A DNA stretch of 49,691 nucleotides, filler included, from Bipalium vagum (taxonomy: Eukaryota): NCBI GenBank assembly GCA_037834085.1. It is 3 parts of 3 records of this genome, joined end to end, with 100 filler letters (N's around TTAATTAATTAA, not from the genome) between each part and the next. Parts side by side here need not be neighbours in the genome. Positions count along the whole stretch, not along the records: positions 1 to 15,705 come from JBBMKC010143406.1; positions 15,806 to 32,186 come from JBBMKC010114195.1; 1 more part is not named here. One strand, written 5' to 3'. Of this stretch, positions 12,620-24,156 are shown one piece after another (positions within the stretch are counted from its first letter, which is position 1; each line of letters opens with the position of its first letter). The notes below the pieces were generated by a model. It was not told the origin of the DNA and searched no databases. It saw only the letters and a program-made list of their open reading frames with translations. The translations under genes were made by a program, and so were the position numbers.

Positions 12620-13807
12620 AAAAATTCATTTAAGTTTATATTCCCCATTTTTACCTACAGCCTCTTTCTAACGTTTGATCAAACTTTCGATGCCATTGTC
12701 ATACCAGGAAACGGGGTTTTCATTAAAGAACTGAGTCAGGGCAGTTCCGATAACATGAATTCTGTCAAACTTTTTGCCACGAAGAAAGTGTTGTAAAGAT
12801 CGAAACAATAATAATCATGTTTGGGGAATATGAAGGCTGATTCATTATTTACGATTGAAAGGCTTTCAGCTTTGCCACGTCACTTTTGTACTGTGTGGCA
12901 TGGTCCCATCGTAATGAAAAATTATTTTGTTTGTGTTGATCAATGAAGGACGTTTCACAATTAATGCATCTCTCAAAAGGTCAAGAATTTTAAAATATAC
13001 ATTGGGATTTATTTAATTTGACAATTTCCAATAATTCAAAGTGAACTGTGCAATTCCAGAAGACACTCAATAAGATCTCCTTTGGATAAAGACCTGCTTT
13101 CGCCTCTGGTACAGGGGTTTGGACTGGATATATAATAACTGATGTTTGTTATGTGGATTCTCATGCATTATCCACTTTTCATCTCCAGTCAAAATTCATT
13201 TGAAGAATAGTTCTTTTAAATGTCGAATGAATAATGAGTGACAGATCTGAACTCGATTGTTCTTCTGTTCTGCAGTTAAATCATGAGGAAATCAAACATC
13301 ACACATATTGTCTATCTCTGTTATGAGGTTCCATACATTGCTGACCCTACAGTTTAATAACACAGACAATTCTTCTAATGTTTGTCTAGAATCTGTTTTG
13401 ATGACAGCTTTTAACACATAATTATCCACTACAGATTGTTGATGCCCCCGTGGTTTGTTTTCCAAATTAAGATTGTCAATGCGAAACCGGTTAAACAATT
13501 TTAAAATTTGCGAACATAAAAAATTTCAATGTAAACATCGATGGTATTTTTGGTGGCAGCGGTGGTATTTGATCCCCGTTTAAACTCAAACGAATATGAG
13601 CGATATTTGGGAAATTTTCATTCATTTCTAAATATTAAAGTTTTCAAATTGAAAGTTCGTTTTTTAATAATATTTAATATCGTTGTTTTAATATTGTTTA
13701 TATCGTCCATAAAAATAATCAAAACCTTTAAATTCAATCTAAAATCAAAAATCGATGTCAAGTATGAACAATAATTTTAAAAATTGTGGTCTTAAATTTA
13801 TTTAACG
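12620..13807 (-). mobile_element. Near-full-length decayed mariner element
   Basis: Start near 13625. FEFKRGSNTT; FNRFRIDNLNLENKPRG..DSRQTLEEL (HTH); FPHDLTAEQKNNRVQIC; ILTGDEKW; decayed C-terminal catalytic part. Several stops and frameshifts. Confidence 0.88.
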
Positions 13808-13849
13808 TATTTAGAAATGAATGAAAATTTCCCATCTGAGATAAAGGTT

Positions 13850-14290
13850 TACTCAGCCACAGTTTTTAGATAACGAAATCACGACTATAAGATGAATGTG
13901 GCAGCAAATTCCATCCATGTTCCTGAATTTTTGTCGACTTTTCAATTAAGTATGAGATTTTGCGTTGTTCTAGTGGAAAAAAAACACTTATTAATAACTA
14001 ATTCCGGATGTTTCTGATTCAAGGATTTATTTAACTTGTCGACTTGGTGACAGTAAACATCGGTAATGATTGTATTATCCCTACGTAAAAGCTTAAGATA
14101 TACCACTCCCTTATAATCACATCATATGACCTTTTCCTTATGTCTTTTAACTTTCGGTATTGTTTAATTTATGTTTAGATCACGACCTTTCACGGATTAC
14201 TTTACAGTACGTAATCCATTTTTCGTTGCGAAATGAGTCTCTTTAGAAATGGATTGGTAATGTTACACTTTAACAACATATCGCAAGACA
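13850..14290 (-). mobile_element. Mariner transposase fragment
   Basis: GVVYLKLLRRDNTIITDVYCHQVDKLNKSLNQKHPELV, the typical mariner segment between the first and second catalytic Asp. Confidence 0.7.
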
Positions 14291-14299
14291 TTCAATCTT

Positions 14300-14646
14300 T
14301 GGATTAAATGGTTGAAAAGAAACAATTCTTCAATTTTTGGCGAATGTTATCTAAAGTTATTGAATAACCTGAATCTATGTGTTTATGTATCAATTCCACA
14401 TGATTATTCTCAATTATTTTCTTTCTTGAACCCCTTTTAAATTTCGAGTGATTCTGTTTTCAGAAATATATCTAAAATGTTATAATATACATGTAAAAGT
14501 AAAAGTAAAAGCATGGATAGAAAAATTACCTTTATAATTGAATAGATCGAAGATATATTTACGCTCATTATTTCTACAATCTGGTTTTTTGAGTGCCCAT
14601 TATCATAGGCCTCTATGATTCTTCTTTGCATTTCGTTGTTTATCAT
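14300..14646 (-). mobile_element. IS630/Tc1-like transposase N-terminal relic with a putative 58-nt intron (14472-14529)
   Basis: MINNEMQRRIIEAYDNGHSKNQIVEIMSVNISSIYSIIK | IYF*KQNHSKFKRGSRKKII..HIDSGYSITLDNIRQKLK after removing AAG|GTAATT...TTTTAG|ATA. Confidence 0.6.
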
Positions 14647-14909
14647 TTTTGTGTTTGTATTTGTATAAACAAATATATTTTTAAATCAAATATATAAAAT
14701 TTGAAATAAAATGTTAATTTTTTTAAAATTGAATTTAAAATATTTGAAATGTGGGGTTACACCCTGTTTTTATTTTAGATTTATTACTTTCGGAAATATA
14801 AATAAAATTTTATCAAAATTATGCGTTAGCAGAAACCAAATGAAATTTCGGACCAATCAATAGTTTGTGTAAATTTTGAATTCACGGACACTTTTTAAAC
14901 AACCTAAAT

Positions 14910-15052
14910 CAGTATAAGCTCTCTTAATTAAAGCTTTGTGCATAAACACGTATTATAGCGATACGTAATTAAATTGTTAGATAATAATAAATTCTACAGT
15001 TCGCTACTTTTTGTCCTGGTCCCATTTTTGGCGATTTAGAGAGGTCATACTG
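14910..15052. mobile_element. pogo/Tigger-type MITE (143 bp)
   Basis: Imperfect TIRs CAGTATAAGCTCTCTTAAT / ATTTAGAGAGGTCATACTG|TA, with a subterminal GGTCCC. Confidence 0.65.
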
Positions 15053-15705
15053 TATTTATTTAAATAATAAGTTAAAGAATTCTGAATAATTATATATTTT
15101 ATACAAACATCAAGGAATTACATGAATAGAACATTAATTTTTTTAAAAGTGGAAAAATGAATTATTTTTATGATTAAATAAAATTAAATCAAAAGTTATG
15201 TCAATGACCACCTGTCAGGCCTGTTCTCTCTTGCATTGGATTTATTTGACTTGAACCACTTCTTGATATTGATTCTTGATCCATCGTGTAAGGACATCCT
15301 TCACTAATGGTGATAGTTTCCACAATTGTTAATATACATCTGAAAAATGATTTTATTCATCATTTATTACCATTGAAAGATCAAACAGAAACTATTTGTC
15401 AAAATAATATCATGTGAATTTTTTATAAAGTTTCTTGAAATTTTTAATAGGGTTGATCGACTGTTAATTAGATCCATGAGATTTGATTGTCACTGTGGTT
15501 GGAGCAGGAGTCAGGACATTAATTAAGTTGATAAGAGGTGAAAACGTCATTGTTATAACAAATAAAAATTAACAAGTTCAGATCATTGAGCGATAAATAA
15601 TCGTATAATAATATTGAGAAATATAATATTAATTGGCTTCAAATCTATTTCTTAAATTTTCAGATCCTTTCCATTTTACCAAGAAGGTGAGAGACCATAC
15701 GTGGA

Positions 15706-15805
15706 NNNNNNNNNNNNNNNNNNNNNNNNNNNNNNNNNNNNNNNNNNNNTTAATTAATTAANNNNNNNNNNNNNNNNNNNNNNNNNNNNNNNNNNNNNNN
15801 NNNNN
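15706..15805. other. Assembly gap with artificial spacer (44 N + TTAATTAATTAA + 44 N)
   Basis: Exactly 100 nt; identical construction at 32187-32286. Confidence 0.9.
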
Positions 15806-16200
15806 TGTTACGAAATGACAGATACAAATGGGAAGAAAGTAGTCAGAAACATTGAAAAGATCAAGAAATTCTTTAAAAACGGGGGATGTGAGGATTAAAA
15901 TGTTTCAAATAATTTAATTAGTTTAAATACCTATTATTTAAATTAATTAATTAATTTGTTTGAATAATTGTTATATTAAAATAGATAATTTCGAAATGAA
16001 TCTTGATAATTTATCAACCGATATAAATGTAACTAACAGTAACAAGAAAAGATATATTTCAAAAATACCAGATGATTCTTGATAATATCAAAAAATCCAA
16101 AATATACATAATGATAAACATTCAAAAAAGGTATAAACAGATAGCTATACAAGACAGTGAAGAAAAAACGGCAACAAGCACAAAGTAATGATCGAGATAT
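15806..16200 (+). mobile_element. 3' end of an LTR (gypsy-like) retrotransposon: pol C-terminus, polypurine tract and start of 3' LTR
   Basis: CYEMTDTNGKKVVRNIEKIKKFFKNGGCED* ends over AAAAACGGGGGA|TGTGAG (PPT followed by TG at 15887). The LTR end is not defined. Confidence 0.6.
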
Positions 16201-16257
16201 TAAAGGGTATAAGATTAGAAAACAGAAAAAAAGAATAATAATAAATATATATTTTAC

Positions 16258-16493
16258 TAAATCCGATTACTTAAACAAACTTTTCAAACAGGACCTCACC
16301 TATATTTTAAAATTAAATTATTTACATTATAAAAATTTACTAACAATTGTTTTAAATATTTTATTAAATATTTAAAAAACCGTAACTTAATAATTTTTTA
16401 AAAACTTTAAATTAAAAACATTTAATAATTTTTGAAGTGAAGTCCTTATTTTAAAAAAGTCAGGAAAACTATTTGTTGGAACCACTCCTTATA
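16258..16493 (+). repeat. Dispersed ~240-280 bp MITE-like repeat, copy 1 of 3
   Basis: TAAATCCGATTACTTAAACAAACTTTTCAAA..GGACCTCAC ... GTGAAGTCCTTATTTTAAAAA..GAACCACTCCTTATA, shared with 30016-30294 and 37711-37947. Confidence 0.85.
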
Positions 16494-16959
16494 AATGTAA
16501 AACGAGCTTTAGAAGAAATAGAAGTTGTGGTGGTGTCTACTTGGATTTCGCCAGAACAAGGGAACTTCTAACACAAAGGACGGAGACTGTGTTGGTGCTT
16601 TAATAAGGTGATAGGACAATGTTGAATGAAGGAGGTCTTTAGGCCATGACAAAAGATATGGCCTTTATGATGATGGTCTGGAATAGTGTAGAAGCTAGAC
16701 GTATTTGGATTAAGTATTTTGTACATTAAAGAAAGGTTAAAAAGAAAATTTTAGAGCCAAAAAAAGTAGAATTGAAAAAGCAAAAGAAAGAAATGATAAC
16801 GAGAAAAGTGACATGACAATGCAATTAGCAAATATGAGGACGAAAGCAGGTATCAGTACAAGGATAATATAAGGTTATCATGGATGACTGTATTTTATTC
16901 AACGTTTTGATTTACAATAAAGAAAAACGATATATTTTTTCAAAATAATCACCAAAAAC

Positions 16960-17340
16960 ATCAATATAGTTTTGCCATCTTAATAGTAGCTTGTTTATTC
17001 CAGCATCAAAGAAGTCTGATGATAAAGTGACGATGAAATCACTAAAGGTGTTTTAGAAGCTATTTCTGTATAGAATATTTTTAAAACCAAGAAATGATCC
17101 AAAGCTCGGAAAAAATGATATTCAGGTTGCACAACATCTGATGAATTCGGTGGGTGGCCGAGAGTTTCCAGTTCCAATTCCTGTAGTTTGAGCAGCGTTG
17201 CTCTGGCAACATGTGATCAAACGATGTCTTGCAAAAGAAGTGGATTGTCGACTGATCAATCTCAGCTGCTTAATAGCTAGTAACTTTAACATATTCTTTA
17301 ATTTGGTACAGTATGTTTCCGTTGTAATACATTTTCCTGG
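16960..17340 (-). mobile_element. Mariner transposase 3' fragment
   Basis: IKPGKCITTETYCTKL and LETLGHPPNSSDVVQPEYHFFRALDHFL (cf. HPPYSPDLAPSDYHLF). Confidence 0.85.
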
Positions 17341-17561
17341 TTTTATTCGGAAAGTCACTTCGGATATTTTAGTAAAAAGTAAGACCAAAAGTTTTATTAG
17401 TAATAAATATTTTAATCAATAATGTATTTTACTTTTTGTTCCCAGAATTTCTTCATTCTACCAGGTAATTTGAATATCAAAACCTTTAAAATGACTTAAG
17501 TGCTTTAAATTAAGATTTAGATATATGTATAAAAAGCGTGGTGACTTTCCGAATAACCCAA
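17339..17561. mobile_element. Mariner-derived MITE
   Basis: Perfect 16-bp inverted repeat TTATTCGGAAAGTCAC (17343-17358) / GTGACTTTCCGAATAA (17541-17556), ending CCCAA|TA like a mariner TIR; the left tip is eroded. Confidence 0.75.
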
Positions 17562-18764
17562 TATAATAAAAAAAACAATAATAATAATAATAGTAATAAT
17601 AATTTGAAAACTCCATTGTTGAAAAAGAAAAAAAATTCTCAACAAAACAAGAAAAAAATGTAATTAAAACAAGTAATTATTTCGGTTTGAATAAAATTCT
17701 GGCCGTTCCATTATTTTTCCAAAAGCAATAATCAGTCTAAAGCAGATAGACATCAAAAACATACATTGTTACTTAACCTCGGTGAAAACATTGGCCTCGT
17801 CCATCCACATCACAGTGGCATTTATTAAATTTCATGTAGCTTTTCAAATAGACATCCTCAGGTGATAAAAACAACCAAGAAATTCTGAATAGAGACTTTA
17901 TATCGATTCATAAGGTCAGTGTCAATTATAACGTAACTGAATATTTGTTGCTGGAAGAATGAGGTTGTGGTGATAAAATGATAATGAATGCTTCAACCAT
18001 TATGGCAATCATACATGATTGACGGTCTTCACGTTCTCTTAACGCCCTCACATGCTTTGTCTCACATAAAACAGACAAACAAATGTAGTAGTATTTACAA
18101 TAATACTCAGTCTCCTTCATCAAGCAAACATACATCAATGAGCTTGTTTCCAGTAAACCAAAAGACGCCTATGATGAACAAAATTGTTATCAACGTTGTC
18201 TGTCATGGGCCAGTCAATTAAAACTCCTTTTTCCTATTGTTTATACTTTATTTAGGAAGTATAATGATGGATTTTATTATTTTAACAATATGATTGACGT
18301 TTTCTTAATGATGTTCGTTTAAATTTAATTGCTTTTTTACACATATATAAATTTCTCTGGATTATGTATCATATGCCTTCGTTACGGTTGGGCATTAGGT
18401 CCCAGATCTGTCAAAGGTCCATTGAATTAATGATACAATCAAACTTTGTTTATTATCGTCTCAGCGAAATAAGGTCGAAATAAAAATACGATCGGAAAAC
18501 TTTGATAATGTAATTTATACTTTTTGTTCCAACATGTTTAGGCTTTTAGGAGAAAGGAACGAAAAACGGAAAACATGTCAAATTTGTCAATTTGATGAAA
18601 CTCTTATGCAACATTACTTTGATTACTTTGACATATTTTGACATTTTACGGTTGATTTGCTTTCACCGGTAATTAGAATGCAGACATCGGAATTAAAGAT
18701 TATTTTTTGTAATTGGTCTGTGAGGTTTATTTGTTTTACGTATGTGCTAACATAATAAATACAA

Positions 18765-18771
18765 CAACAAC

Positions 18772-18808
<37 letters not shown>

Positions 18809-18822
18809 TAAATAATAATAAT
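18765..18822. repeat. (AAC)n/(AAT)n microsatellite
   Basis: Direct reading; it produces the poly-Tyr ORF 18623-18895. Confidence 0.9.
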
Positions 18823-20150
18823 AAGTTAAATTAGATATGAATAAAAATGAGATAAAATGTAATAATCGAACATATTTGGGAGAAAAATCCAGCATCAGTT
18901 TGACAGAATCGTTGATATTTTTCTTATCTCATCCCGGTTTCTAATTAACATTGTTATAATTTAAATCGTGCTCAACAAAGGAAATTATTTCAATCTATAA
19001 GTTGAAATAACACATGAAATCTAATTCACACTTAATTCATTCATAAAATCTTCCGTCAGTCGTTTTTGGGTTTTCTAAAATAGTGACATTGTGTAACACA
19101 GTTAATATGTCTAATTGCAAATAACGACTTTGTTATATTTACTTATGTTGTACACGAAATTATATTTATATGCGAACATGTCAGGGAAATTGTAGAGTGT
19201 TGTGATTTCTGTTCTATTTGTAAAGGAGTTAGGGCGGTTATCCGTAACCTATTCACGTTTGTCATATAACATTTTTGTATTAGCCCTGAATTGTTTCTTT
19301 AGTAATTCCTATAAGCTAGGTATATCATTAACTTAAATTTCAGACACGTTGAATGAAGGTGTCACCAGTGGATGAATTGTCAGCCTGAAAGACGTTGAAC
19401 GAAGAATTACTGTTTATTCAGAAATAATTCAACCTTCGTGTGAAAGGGTTTTGTTGAGAATCGTACAACCGTTGGATAAATTGAATAACTTTATTCCGGT
19501 AGAGTATTCGAAAACTGCATTTCTCGTTTATCACCTTGTACTAAGTACCAAAACAGACAGCTCATTGGAAACATGGTTAAAACTTTCTTCATTGGCTAAT
19601 AGAACAAGCATATTAAACTCTTCCAGTTGTTATTTCTACTTCAACGAAAAGAAATGACAGCGTTATTTTCCTAGATTCGGCGAAATAAGTATTTTGGTTA
19701 GACTCTAGGGTTTGATAATAAAATAAATTCGGAAGTTATAGATTAATTCGGTCACAAATATTTCTGAGAATATTCTTCATTTAATTAAGCTCAAAATATC
19801 ATTTTGTTTGAATTGCTGAATTTTCTTTTATCTGACTTCTTTTTACTGACTGCGATGAGTGACTCCCGACGACAATCTTTTCATTCTGCGGTCATCGCTC
19901 GTTTGAACATTGACCCAGATTTCTTTTCTAATGTAATATTTTTGAACCATCTTCATTTTGATTATGAAATGAAAAAAATTACATTTATTAAATTTTAAAT
20001 CGATTTTCCTCAAACAAAACAAGCTTTTCAATGAACACAGACATTTGACGCTGATCTAACGCATCTAAATATGTACATAAAAATGTTAATACACCTCCCA
20101 ATTATTGTTCTTAAATGTATTTCACATATTCTCTAAGCACTTTGTATATA

Positions 20151-21398
20151 AAGGGTCCGTAAGGTATTTGAGGACTTCAGTTTAATCGTAATTTGTTTTA
20201 TGATTTCTTAAGTGTATCCACATTAAATTTGTTTTACGAAATTAATAGAATAAATAATAATGGCGGAAAACCAAATCACTCAAAAAATAAACTGCATGGT
20301 GTTCTAATGGCTTTGAAAGCTGATCATTCCAATTTAGAAATCACCCCAGTTTTAAAAGTCTCACGATCATTTGTACATAAAGTGTATGCACAAATAATTT
20401 AAATCCGATAAGGAAACAGTGTCAAAAAAAACAAAACGTAAATGAAAATTTTAAACGGTGTGACATGATGAGATGAGACGATTTTGTCAAGGAAATTAAG
20501 AAAACTGTTGTTGGCAATCCCATAAATTCTATAAAGTCTCTTGCCACAAATTTCAATGTCTCAGAAGGAAAAATCAAAAATTTCCATGAAAAAATGGTAT
20601 AAAAATTGTGTGTCGAAGAAAGGACCATTTCTTTCAAAAAAAATCAAAGAAAATCGTTTAATAAAATCGCAAATACTCCTAACCAAATTCAAATATCCAG
20701 CAAAACAAGATCTGATTTGGTTTTTATCAGATGAAAAAACTTCGACCAAGATCACAAAGTTAAGAGAAGACCCTTATCTAAAGACCCTTCTGAAGTCCCA
20801 ACAAGTATGCAAAACAAATTTCTAGTATCCGTCTTGGTTTTAGCTGTAGTGAGCAGAGAAGAACATGTGATGCCTCCTTACTTCTTCTCACAAAGCCTTA
20901 GATTGAATTCTGCTTTTTGCAATGATGTTCTGAAAACACTCTGGATTAATTCAGTACAAAATAGATGGCTTTATTTTTTCAATAAGATTCTGCTATATCA
21001 CATAAAGCTTGATTTACTCAAAAATGGATGACTGAAAATTTTCATGTCACTATTAATATTTGGCCTCCCAACTCATCAGATCTAAACCCATTGGACTACT
21101 ACGTATGGGGCGTTATTGAGAAAGAGGTCAACAGCATTTCCAGAATACTTTGGATTCGCTAAAAGCCACTATACTGAGAGTAAGGTCTGATATGAACAAG
21201 GAAAACCTAATTAAGGTATGCAGGGGATTTTGATCTCATGTGGAAGCTGATGATTCAAGTTGATGGTGGTTTTTTTGAATAAAATTATAAAAAACGTCAT
21301 CAGTTCTTCATCCGTTTTTCACCAATAAAATTATTACTTGTCAATATAAATCTGTTTTCTTTGGAATCAATATGTCCTCAAATACATTAGACAATCTG
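20151..21398 (+). mobile_element. Full-length decayed maT (DD37D-like) Tc1/mariner element
   Basis: TA-flanked TIRs share GTATTTGAGGAC / GTCCTCAAATAC. Motifs: WFLSDEK, VLAVVSREEHVMPPYFF, QDSAISHKA, WPPNSSDLNPLDYYVWG. The D-to-D spacing is 35 in this copy. Confidence 0.88.
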
Positions 21399-23049
21399 TA
21401 TATTTTTACTATTTATTTTATTTACATTCAGATCTCTGGTCATTTCAGCTCACGGAGACTGTACTATTCCGATAAGTAATATTAAATTAAGACAAGAATG
21501 TTAAGCTATTTCTGTAATGAGACAAATGTTCCAAAAATTCATTACATAATTTATTTCTTTTGACTTTTTGTTTAATTTTTGGCAAAAATAAATGTTATGA
21601 CAATGGAATGAAAGGGATAAAACAAAAGTCTCAAAATTATAACGGTAAATCTAACTGAAGCAACTTAGTCGATTAAGACTGTAACTTGGCGCCTATTTCA
21701 AGTTCACCAGGCGACAGATGATGGCCAATTGTTCTATGTGGATGTCAGCCTGGAATTCTGGAAAACGAAATCGTTCCATTGTTCTTCCCAAGCCAATTAA
21801 GCCTTATATCTGAACCGTATTGCCAGCAGTTTTCCAATATCACATAAAATGCACTGCAATGACCAAAAGATTAAACTGTGTGGAGTCAATGTTTTATTGT
21901 TTCATCGTTTTAGATACATTCCAGTTTGGTTAAGGAGTGGTTTTCATATTTTACTGTAGCATTTAACATTATCATAAAAAATGAAAATAAGGAGAGTAAT
22001 AATAAGAGAGTAATAAGGGAAATAATAATAATATTCAAATATAATAATTTAGAAATATATTTCTCCTTCCATGTCGTTTCATTTGATCTCAACCCAGTTG
22101 ATTTTTGATTGAATTGAACATATCATGAATTGATCATCTTCAAAATGAGTTTAGGAATGAAAAGAAAAACTTTTGGAAAGGTTTAGTTTTTATTACAAGG
22201 TTTTGGAGAGAAATACCCATTTCTGCCATGAAACATGCAAGAAGAAATGAAGTGGTAATGTAAAGTGACAACTTTACCTAAGACGTCCGAATAGCTCATA
22301 TTCAATAATGAATCTTTATATATTTATTTAAGTCGTAACACGAAGTGGGAACGTGTACATAACATCTTATTAGTGCTAATTGTGAAGAAAGCATTCAGGA
22401 CATTAAGATTAAATGCGAATTCTAACCCTTACTCTGATCTATCAAAGGCTAAATCATCAAAGTTACAATTCAAAATGAATAAAGTTGGATGAAATGAAAT
22501 ATTTTTAGTAATGATCTCAAAAGTGTATTTGTCATATACGTAAATAGTGCCAGAATATTTTAAAATAAACTATATATGACCTAATAATAATGGTTATTTT
22601 TTAAGTACATTTTATTTATATAATTTTAATTAATGAAGAGGAATAACAGCTGTGAATATAATATTATGAATAAATTATCTCAAATAGTAACAGTAACAAT
22701 AATGATAATAGAGTAAAAATAAAAAAATAATATAATATAATATAAAAAATATTAAATATAATAATATAATATAATAATAACAATAATTAAAATTAAAAAT
22801 AATAATCTATCAGTAAATGTTTGGTAAATTTATCTAACACAAATATTTTTATACAATGATCAACAAATGAACCAGTTATAATGAACAACGATCAAAATAA
22901 AAATCATTTTATTATTATTCTTCTTCACATTATCAAAGTGGAATGAAAACTCATGAACATTTCTCTGCACGAGTGCTATAGACAAAACGAGTGTATTTAC
23001 ATTTTCATCTCCAGGATTTTATCAATCTCTTTCCGGAGACGAAGTCGTT

Positions 23050-24047
23050 TCACAAAATGTGGTTCTGGTGAATGTGGCTAAGCAATATTTGAACGGACGG
23101 ACAGTGGATTCCACAATACATGCAGTATTCGATGCCCATGGACGATGGACGTTCATTGATGGTTTTGCATAGTAAAGAGAGGAATAAATCGGTTTTCGAA
23201 TCGTGATTAAAGGTGGGCAGCGTATTCAATTTGGATTGAATTGGAAATGTTAATAGATCTGCCAGGAGAGGTTTTGCAAAAAGAAACACGCACAGAAAAC
23301 AATCACAAAATAATCGGTGGTTCTGTGAATCAGTAATTGGGGGAAAGTTGATGGGAAACGAATTGTAAAGTCCATTGAAGTTGGATATGGGATTCATTTG
23401 AATATTGTTGTTAAATGAGACATTTTGTGAAACACTGGTTTGATAAACATTGGACAAGCCATCCTGAAATGGTGATAACAAAGGCTGTGAATGACGATCG
23501 AGATAGGTTTCACCATCAACAAGGATTTTCGGAGAGCCACTCGAATCTGGCGTTGTTCTCACCGAAAGGTTTTCCCTTGATTTCAGAACTCTCATTTCTT
23601 CTTTATTGGACATGACAGAACCCGATTTTCGATATGGTAAAAAAGCAATATTTGGTCTCTTTCGAACAGAAACCATATTCTCTTCATCTCTTGATTCCAG
23701 CTGCGATCGTTTACGATTGGGAATCGGATCATCTAAGCCGAAACTATTTCCGATGTTTTTGCAGGTTTCAAATAACATTTCAAGTGGACTTTGTTTCACT
23801 GAATTTGGAATTCTCTGTAAAATAAAAGGAAGGTTTTAATGAAGATAATCAATGAAAAGACCAAATGATCAACCACAATACTCCATATGAACATCAATTA
23901 CAGATCTATTACCTTTGATTTTATTTCGTAATTGGTCTCATCAAACTTTGGATTTAAGTACACCGGAGAATTATATGGTCTTTCGGTTATTGATTTCTCC
24001 GTAGATCTCCATCTAATTAAATCCTCTCCATTTTCAATGATATTCAT
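23050..24047 (-). CDS. noc: NET-family (NocA/Elbow/TLP-1/Nlz; ZNF503/ZNF703-like) zinc-finger transcriptional regulator; 2 exons (24047-23913, 23814-23050), 299 aa
   Basis: Motifs in NET order: PVYLNP (cf. PEYLQP), Sp motif KQSPLEMLFETCKNIG (cf. KKSPLALLAQTCSQIG), FLPY (cf. Groucho-binding FKPY), Btd-box-like CDCFLC, and one C-terminal C2H2 finger CMYC-x12-H-x4-H. Exon 1 (MNIIENGEDLIRW...EIKSK) is joined by a 98-nt phase-0 intron AAG|GTAATA...TTTTACAG|AGA. Exact orthology (noc vs elB, ZNF503 vs ZNF703) cannot be resolved. Confidence 0.8.
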
Positions 24048-24113
24048 CTTTTATGTTGTTTTAATTGTTCAATAAAAAATATAAATGAATATAAAATATA
24101 TTTCAATGAACAG

Positions 24114-24156
24114 CCAATAAAATCGAATATGGACAATATGCAATTTGATTGGTCGA
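24114..24156 (-). promoter_or_regulatory. Candidate NET-gene promoter with CCAAT boxes
   Basis: CCAAT at 24114-24118 and ATTGG at 24148-24152, 67-105 bp upstream of the ATG at 24047. Confidence 0.35.

Noticed and set aside
15750-15761. TTAATTAATTAA palindrome inside N runs (also 32231-32242)
   Set aside because: Same 44N+12+44N construction twice, with stops in all six frames. It is a scaffolding spacer, not biology.
19430-19657. SCERVL resembling the hAT dimerisation motif
   Set aside because: Only a short match; surrounding residues do not fit.
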